Virus record (IMG/VR): IMGVR_UViG_3300027852_001421
Strand: one strand, 5' to 3'
DNA from: a virus
Lineage: Duplodnaviria; Heunggongvirae; Uroviricota; Caudoviricetes
DNA length: 11,077 nt
A program made the translations under genes and the position numbers. Under the pieces are notes generated by a model. It worked only from the letters and a program-made list of their open reading frames with translations. It did not search any database and was not told the origin of the DNA. Of the stretch, positions 6,541 to 11,077 are shown piece by piece (position 1 is the stretch's first letter; each line of letters opens with the position of its first letter).

Positions 6541-8475
6541 ATGGCCATTACTCCCCCGCGCAAACCCAAAACCCTCACGCTTGTCGCCTTTGTTGTCTCG
6601 CTGATCGTAAGTTTGACATGCACATATCTGCTCTTCGCTCCCGAAGAAACGAAGGAGTGGCCTTTCACGGCAGTGGATACGGCTGACGAAGTGCCACTGT
6701 CCCGGTTCAAAGATATTCTCACTGAAGATGGCGCCGGACGCCGGGTCGCTATCCTGAAAGACAAGATCCTGATCGAGATGGTCGAAGGCGCCGGCGATGT
6801 CATTGCCGAGGAGGAGCCCTTCTTCAATTTCTCGAAGCCAGACGACGCCGAGGAGCTTGATGCGGAGGGGGAAGAGATCGAGGGGGATGTCCTCTCTGTC
6901 GATATTCCGCGTTACAACGACCCATTCCTCAATGATCTGATCCGCGAGGACCTGGGCAGCTCGAACTTCGAGGTGGGTGTCTTTGCTGATGACGCAGGAT
7001 TGACCGGTTTGCAAAAGTCGTCGATCGCCTTCCAGATCCTCTTTGTCGTTCTGATCGCCTTCATGGTGTTGAAAATGATGGGCGTGGGTGGCAGCAGCTT
7101 TGGCACTGAACGCGGGTATTCCATCATCCAGCACAAGGACCTTCCGGTAGGTCTGAAGGATGTTGCAGGCCTCGATGCAGCACGCGAGGGTGTCGAAGAG
7201 GTTATCGGCCTGCTGCGCGATGAAGGCGATGTAGGTATGGCCGGCGGCCGCCTGCCCCGCGGTATGCTGCTTGATGGCCCTCCGGGCACCGGCAAAACCT
7301 TGATGGCGCGTGCCATGGCCAAGGAAGCCGGGGTGAATTTCATCTCGATCGACGCTTCTTCCTTGAACCAGATGTTCGTGGGTCTCGGCGCCATGAAGAT
7401 CCGCAGCATCTTCCGCAAAGCCCGCAAACTTGCGCCCTGCATCATCTTCATCGATGAGATCGACGCCATGGGCCGGGCCCGTGGGTCTTCGGACAGCTCC
7501 GGGGCACGCGAAAGCGATGCCACACTTAACGCCCTGCTCACTGAGCTTGATGGATTTGATGCGCGTGCCGGCATCTTCATCATCGCGGCCACCAACCGCG
7601 CGGAAATCCTTGATCCCGCGCTGACCCGCCCGGGCCGGATCGACCGTAAGATCACCCTGACCCTGCCCGATATCAAAGCACGCGAAGAGATCCTGGCCGT
7701 ACACTGCCGCGACAAAACCCTGGGGGAGGACGTCAATCTCCATGCCATCGCAGCTACAGTGTTTCAGACCTCAGGTGCTGAACTTGAGAACCTGGTCAAC
7801 GAGGCGGCCCTGGCGGCCGGCCGCGAAGGGCGCAAGGAGATCCTCATGGAAGATTTCACCACGGCCCGCGACAGGCTTCTTCTGCCCCAGTCCGGCGGCA
7901 GCATCAAACTGCTCGAGGATGAGCGTCAGTTGACGGCCGTCCATGAAGCAGGGCACGCGGTCATTGCCTTGGGGTCTGAGCACTCCGACCCGGTCGAGAA
8001 AGTCACGATCACGCCGCAGGGCGCGGCCATGGGCTTCGTGTTGCAGTCTCCTGAGCGGGACCGCGTCTTCGAGACAGTGGCGCGCCTCAAGGCCCGGTTG
8101 CGGGTGGCTGTTGCCGGGCGCGAGGCCGAGCGTCTGATCTTTGGGCCTGACATGATCACCACCGGTGCGGCCTCTGACATCCGCCAGGCCACGCAGATCG
8201 CGCGCGCCATGGTCACGACCTATGGCATGTCCGAGCTGGGCTTCATGGTGATCGATCCAAAGGATCCGACACTCTTTGACATGAACAATCCACCCTCCCG
8301 CGTCATTGCCAAAATCATCGACGAGGCCATTGACGATGTCCGTATGGAGCTGAAGGAGCGGCGCGATGGTCTGGATCGGCTGACCGACGCGCTGCTGGAA
8401 ACCGAGACCATTTCTGGTGTGCGGGCACGTGAGATCGTCGAGGGAAATATGAAGGGGGCGCTGTCTGCTGCCTAA
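6541..8475 (+). CDS. ftsH: ATP-dependent zinc metalloprotease FtsH (divergent paralogue)
   Basis: Two N-terminal TM segments, Walker A GPPGTGKT, pore loop MFVG, Walker B IIFIDEIDA, SRH ATNRAEILDPALTRPGRIDR, HEAGH zinc motif, AGREAE and TGAASD (third ligand Asp). Confidence 0.95.
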   Translation: MAITPPRKPKTLTLVAFVVSLIVSLTCTYLLFAPEETKEWPFTAVDTADEVPLSRFKDILTEDGAGRRVAILKDKILIEMVEGAGDVIAEEEPFFNFSKPDDAEELDAEGEEIEGDVLSVDIPRYNDPFLNDLIREDLGSSNFEVGVFADDAGLTGLQKSSIAFQILFVVLIAFMVLKMMGVGGSSFGTERGYSIIQHKDLPVGLKDVAGLDAAREGVEEVIGLLRDEGDVGMAGGRLPRGMLLDGPPGTGKTLMARAMAKEAGVNFISIDASSLNQMFVGLGAMKIRSIFRKARKLAPCIIFIDEIDAMGRARGSSDSSGARESDATLNALLTELDGFDARAGIFIIAATNRAEILDPALTRPGRIDRKITLTLPDIKAREEILAVHCRDKTLGEDVNLHAIAATVFQTSGAELENLVNEAALAAGREGRKEILMEDFTTARDRLLLPQSGGSIKLLEDERQLTAVHEAGHAVIALGSEHSDPVEKVTITPQGAAMGFVLQSPERDRVFETVARLKARLRVAVAGREAERLIFGPDMITTGAASDIRQATQIARAMVTTYGMSELGFMVIDPKDPTLFDMNNPPSRVIAKIIDEAIDDVRMELKERRDGLDRLTDALLETETISGVRAREIVEGNMKGALSAA

Positions 8476-8479
8476 AGCT

Positions 8480-8601
8480 TGAGGGGTCAGCGGCATGAGA
8501 ACCGCTGGCCTCACCCATGCCAAGATCTGACCCTGCGGGTTTTCATGCGGCCCGGTTAAGATGTCATTGAACTGCACTCCTTGGGCTGTACTGCCGCAGG
8601 G
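8480..8601 (+). other. Candidate structured RNA segment between ftsH and the next gene
   Basis: Multiple complementary blocks: 8480-8493/8502-8513, 8483-8490/8527-8534, 8492-8497/8516-8521, 8493-8503/8538-8548, 8531-8538/8594-8601 and 8546-8553/8583-8590. No match to an RNA family I recognise. Confidence 0.35.
8556..8570 (+). promoter_or_regulatory. CtrA-box-like site upstream of the 289 aa gene
   Basis: TTAA-GATGTCA-TTGA, one mismatch to TTAA-N7-TTAA. Confidence 0.3.
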
Positions 8602-8628
8602 GGTGTTTATGAATGAAGAGGAAATACA

Positions 8629-9498
8629 ATGGGTTATGCAAGTGAATTTGAGAGGCTCTTAATCGGTGTAGTATCTACAAGCGCGGGTCTCGCGCTTACA
8701 TTTGCTGCTGCCGCCGCTGTCGGGAGCCACTTAATCAACAGTGATACCACCGGAAGTGATGTTCTGTGGAAAGCGCAGCTTCGCATGCAGAAAGTGGAAA
8801 CTCTGTTTATAGATTCCCATGAGCAATATTTGGTTGGCCTGCATTCTGGTATGATCACTGCCGGGGTCGATATCTCTCAAGAGACAAATGAGCGAATGGT
8901 ACCATTTATCCAGGCAGACCCTGTGTTGGCTGGGAGCCCAGATGCGGATCATCTAGCGCTTTTTGAGATCCGCGCCTTAGGTGCAATCGCAGGCACTCAA
9001 GGGCACAGCGAAGCTGATCTGGTGAACTACCTAGACTATGTAGAGGGTCTATCGGAAAATCTCGCTGAGACACGCGTCGCGCATGAGAAGATGTTCAATG
9101 GCCTCTCAGGAATCTCGTCCGGTGACAGGCTGGCAAAGATCGCACAGTCTGTCGCCTTTCTGGCGGATGATATGTTCGAAGATGTCACAGCACGCGAAGC
9201 TGTCGATAGCATTTTGAAGTCGGCTTTTGATGAAGGCTATGAGCCAAGCCAAGATGACCTCAACCAATTGAGGAACGCAATGGATCAGGCGACAGCGGAA
9301 TCCGCCCGGATCGCTTCAACAGAGGACATCCTGATCTCAGCCAAAGAATCCCTGGTATCGCGCAACATGGGCGCGCTTTCCGAAACAATCAAAGCGGAAG
9401 ATGTGATCGTTGCCTGCCCCTTTGGTCTGGGTGACAAGACACCCACAGATGCAGAACAGCTGCTAACGTCTGACGATGCCTGTGAACCCGGGAAATAA
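8629..9498 (+). CDS. Hypothetical protein with an N-terminal hydrophobic anchor, probably mostly helical
   Basis: 289 aa ORF with RBS GAGG about 7 nt upstream and hydrophobic LLIGVVSTSAGLALTFAAAAAVG. No recognisable family motif. Confidence 0.75.
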   Translation: MGYASEFERLLIGVVSTSAGLALTFAAAAAVGSHLINSDTTGSDVLWKAQLRMQKVETLFIDSHEQYLVGLHSGMITAGVDISQETNERMVPFIQADPVLAGSPDADHLALFEIRALGAIAGTQGHSEADLVNYLDYVEGLSENLAETRVAHEKMFNGLSGISSGDRLAKIAQSVAFLADDMFEDVTAREAVDSILKSAFDEGYEPSQDDLNQLRNAMDQATAESARIASTEDILISAKESLVSRNMGALSETIKAEDVIVACPFGLGDKTPTDAEQLLTSDDACEPGK

Positions 9499-9523
9499 AA
9501 AAACCCACCGCATAAGCGGTGGG
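9497..9523 (-). terminator. Rho-independent terminator for the minus-strand genes (possibly bidirectional)
   Basis: Perfect 8 bp stem CCCACCGC-ATAA-GCGGTGGG with A7 at 9497-9503 (U7 on the minus strand), between convergent genes. Confidence 0.85.
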
Positions 9524-9549
9524 CTCTACCCAATCAGAGACCGCGCGCG

Positions 9550-9849
9550 TTAAGGCTCGGGCGTCGCTTCTTCTTTTGCCCAGTCAGGCATTTCATCTGA
9601 CTGCCCAAGGTTCCAGGCTTCAGGGTCCTCGAGCGCCTCAGGATTGGCGTCCTTCAGACTGTCTTCCAGATCATTCAGAGAGTGGCGCCCTGCCCTGATC
9701 CAGCGATGGTCCACGCGGATATCAGCGCGAACGAGTTCCTCTTCCTCATTGTCGTAGACAAAGCGGCAATGGCGCTCGATCACGCCATCGTCTTCATCGA
9801 AAAGATGACCCCAAAGGTCATGGTTCTCATCAGCGATTGTATAGCGCAT
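9550..9849 (-). CDS. Small highly acidic hypothetical protein
   Basis: 99 aa, ATG with RBS AAGGA, followed by a terminator. Hand count about 29 D/E versus 10 K/R. Confidence 0.75.
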   Translation of the reverse strand: MRYTIADENHDLWGHLFDEDDGVIERHCRFVYDNEEEELVRADIRVDHRWIRAGRHSLNDLEDSLKDANPEALEDPEAWNLGQSDEMPDWAKEEATPEP

Positions 9850-9916
9850 GTCGTTTCCTTTTCAGGGTTTGCTGTTTTCCATGACGATCTTAGAGCGTCA
9901 CTGAGAAAACCTTCGC

Positions 9917-10282
9917 TCAGAAACCAAGAGCTGCGTGCATCACCAGATCCGGAATCTCGCTTGGATACTCATAGAGGCTCTCAGCCTCATCTAGCTTATC
10001 AAAGCCAGCCTCTACGGCGTTCCTGAACGGGTCCTCGACCTCATCTGGCAACATGTGCTCCACGGCGGTCTGACTGCCGTCGCTGGCCTCAAGCGATCGA
10101 ACCTCATCGTCCAATCCCGTGGAATTGACAATCTTTTTGGCAGCATCTGACCCTTCCAGAGCCGCTTGGGCGATTTCAGCTTCGAGGTCGAGCGGGCTCA
10201 TATCCAGGATCATGGAGACCGCAAAGCCTTTGGCGGTAAGGATGCCTTGTATGTTAGGGTCGCTGGGGCGAATGATATTCAA
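9917..10282 (-). CDS. Small acidic hypothetical protein
   Basis: 121 aa, TTG start 8 nt after a perfect GGAGG. Hand count about 25 D/E versus 7 K/R. Confidence 0.7.
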   Translation of the reverse strand: MNIIRPSDPNIQGILTAKGFAVSMILDMSPLDLEAEIAQAALEGSDAAKKIVNSTGLDDEVRSLEASDGSQTAVEHMLPDEVEDPFRNAVEAGFDKLDEAESLYEYPSEIPDLVMHAALGF

Positions 10283-10306
10283 GATAATGTCCTCCGCCTC
10301 CAGTGT

Positions 10307-10315
10307 ATCATATCA
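10307..10315 (-). promoter_or_regulatory. Putative extended -10 element (TGaTATGAT) for the acidic-protein genes
   Basis: Plus strand atcatatca at 10307-10315, just upstream of the GGAGG RBS of the 121 aa gene. Confidence 0.4.
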
Positions 10316-10414
10316 CACCGCAAGATCAGTCCTGGTCCAAATCGACCTCAGAGCTCATCACTTCAAAAAGTCGCTCGATCTCGGCCTCGGCCTCCTATCC
10401 GGAATGGTCTGCAT

Positions 10415-10849
10415 TCAGTAAAGCATACCGCGGTGCGGATATGGGTTGGGTGTCCCGTCGACGCTGGGGTAGTCCAGTACAAAGCCCCCATCGAGCATAT
10501 ACTCAAAGAACCCCACCAAAGCCGCATCGTCCATCATGCCGTTGTAGCGCGCAACAACCGGCGCCATGGCGCATTCCGTTTTAGGACCCCAGATGCCATC
10601 ATCGTTGCCATCATAGAGATCGGCGTGACGCAGAACATGCTGCAGGTTTTTGCGTGTTGATTGCGGCATGCTGCGGAAAACAGCCTCTACGCGCAGCATG
10701 TTCGCCTTGGAGACCGCCATGTCGCAGACGCCTGCGGCTGTCATTGCGGGCACATTTTTCGCAATATGGGTATGATGCGCCCCATGCGCATGGGCTGGCA
10801 CGGTAAGTGCTGCCATTGCAGCGGCGGTAAGAGCGAGGGTTTTGAGCAT
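10415..10849 (-). CDS. Secreted protein with a Sec signal peptide and a peptidoglycan-binding (PG_binding_1-like) motif
   Basis: MLKTLALTAAAMAALTVPAHA signal peptide (AxA site). LQHVLRHADLYDGNDDGIWGPKT resembles lQ..L...G.y.g..DG.fGp.T. RBS AGGAG. Confidence 0.7.
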   Translation of the reverse strand: MLKTLALTAAAMAALTVPAHAHGAHHTHIAKNVPAMTAAGVCDMAVSKANMLRVEAVFRSMPQSTRKNLQHVLRHADLYDGNDDGIWGPKTECAMAPVVARYNGMMDDAALVGFFEYMLDGGFVLDYPSVDGTPNPYPHRGMLY

Positions 10850-11006
10850 CTGTATCTCCTGAGGACTATCTTATTGCGTTTGTATGAGTATGCCCTGAAA
10901 CTGACTTAGAGTTCCAAGAGTTTGAGGCGTTCGCACAGCTGAACTGTGGAAAAGGATCCTGTTCTAGGCGTTCAAGCCCGCCAACTCCAAATACCGCTTT
11001 CTGACA

Positions 11007-11075
11007 CTGCCCCGCGGCGCCGGCCAATCGAAAGCCGCGGAGGAAAGGGTTCCCCCCTGCCCCGCGGCGCGCCAA
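11007..11075 (+). repeat. Imperfect GC-rich direct repeat, 50 bp period, at the window edge
   Basis: CTGCCCCGCGGCGC exactly at 11007-11020 and 11057-11070, each followed shortly by GCCAA. An inverted core GCCGCGG lies at 11034-11040. Confidence 0.6.
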
Positions 11076-11077
11076 CC

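Noticed and set aside
8483-8534. HDV-like ribozyme resemblance on the minus strand (GGGUCAG…CGG-UUCUCAUG-CCG-CUGACCC)
   Set aside because: P1/P3/L3-like pieces are present, but there is no P1.1 G after P1, no nearby P2 3' strand or J4/2 catalytic C motif, and a competing hairpin uses the same bases.
6529-8577. Long minus-strand ORFs (404, 278 and 268 aa) opposite ftsH
   Set aside because: Typical stop-poor antisense frames of a high-GC, codon-biased gene.
462-8669. 13-mer TCTTAATCGGTGT shared by 462-474 and 8657-8669
   Set aside because: Both copies are inside unrelated CDSs, and a single 13-mer pair is expected by chance in 11 kb.
10911-10973. GTTC repeats suggesting an alphaproteobacterial LexA box
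   Set aside because: Spacings are N5 and N14, not the required GTTC-N7-GTTC.
11001-11030. ACTGCCCCGC resembling a cobalamin riboswitch core
   Set aside because: It lacks the following AACTGT and the other B12-box elements.
10866-11075. 69 aa minus-strand ORF at the right edge
   Set aside because: No RBS context or motif, and it runs through the repeat and promoter region of the secreted-protein gene.
1-11077. tRNA, rRNA, CRISPR array, transposase or integrase
   Set aside because: No T-loop or cloverleaf, regularly spaced repeat-spacer array, or recombinase motifs were seen by eye.

Overview
An 11 kb, gene-dense accessory region with 13 plausible CDSs. The BI-1/YccA homologue is most like alphaproteobacterial (Rhodobacterales-type) proteins. 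The gene mix suggests a large mobile element (jumbo phage, prophage or megaplasmid) rather than core chromosome. This is inference, because the window has no integrase, capsid, replication, tRNA or CRISPR feature. Left to right: HD-domain nucleotide phosphohydrolase (-); T5orf172/GIY-YIG-like protein with a hydrophobic tail (-); a vWA, XRE-HTH, Zn-dependent HDAC-family cluster (+); a YunG-like protein (-); a low-GC DUF805-like membrane protein (-); Bax inhibitor-1/YccA (+); a divergent but catalytically intact FtsH paralogue (+); a membrane-anchored hypothetical (+); two small very acidic proteins (-); a secreted protein with a peptidoglycan-binding-like motif (-). Most notable: (i) FtsH sits next to its known modulator/substrate family YccA, a possible mobile membrane-proteostasis module; (ii) a regulated lysine/polyamine deacylase cluster; (iii) a CGAAAAA motif recurring in the promoter regions, plus near-consensus CtrA boxes; (iv) a densely base-pairing intergenic segment after ftsH with mutually exclusive folds. 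All family calls are by-eye motif recognition; no searches were run.
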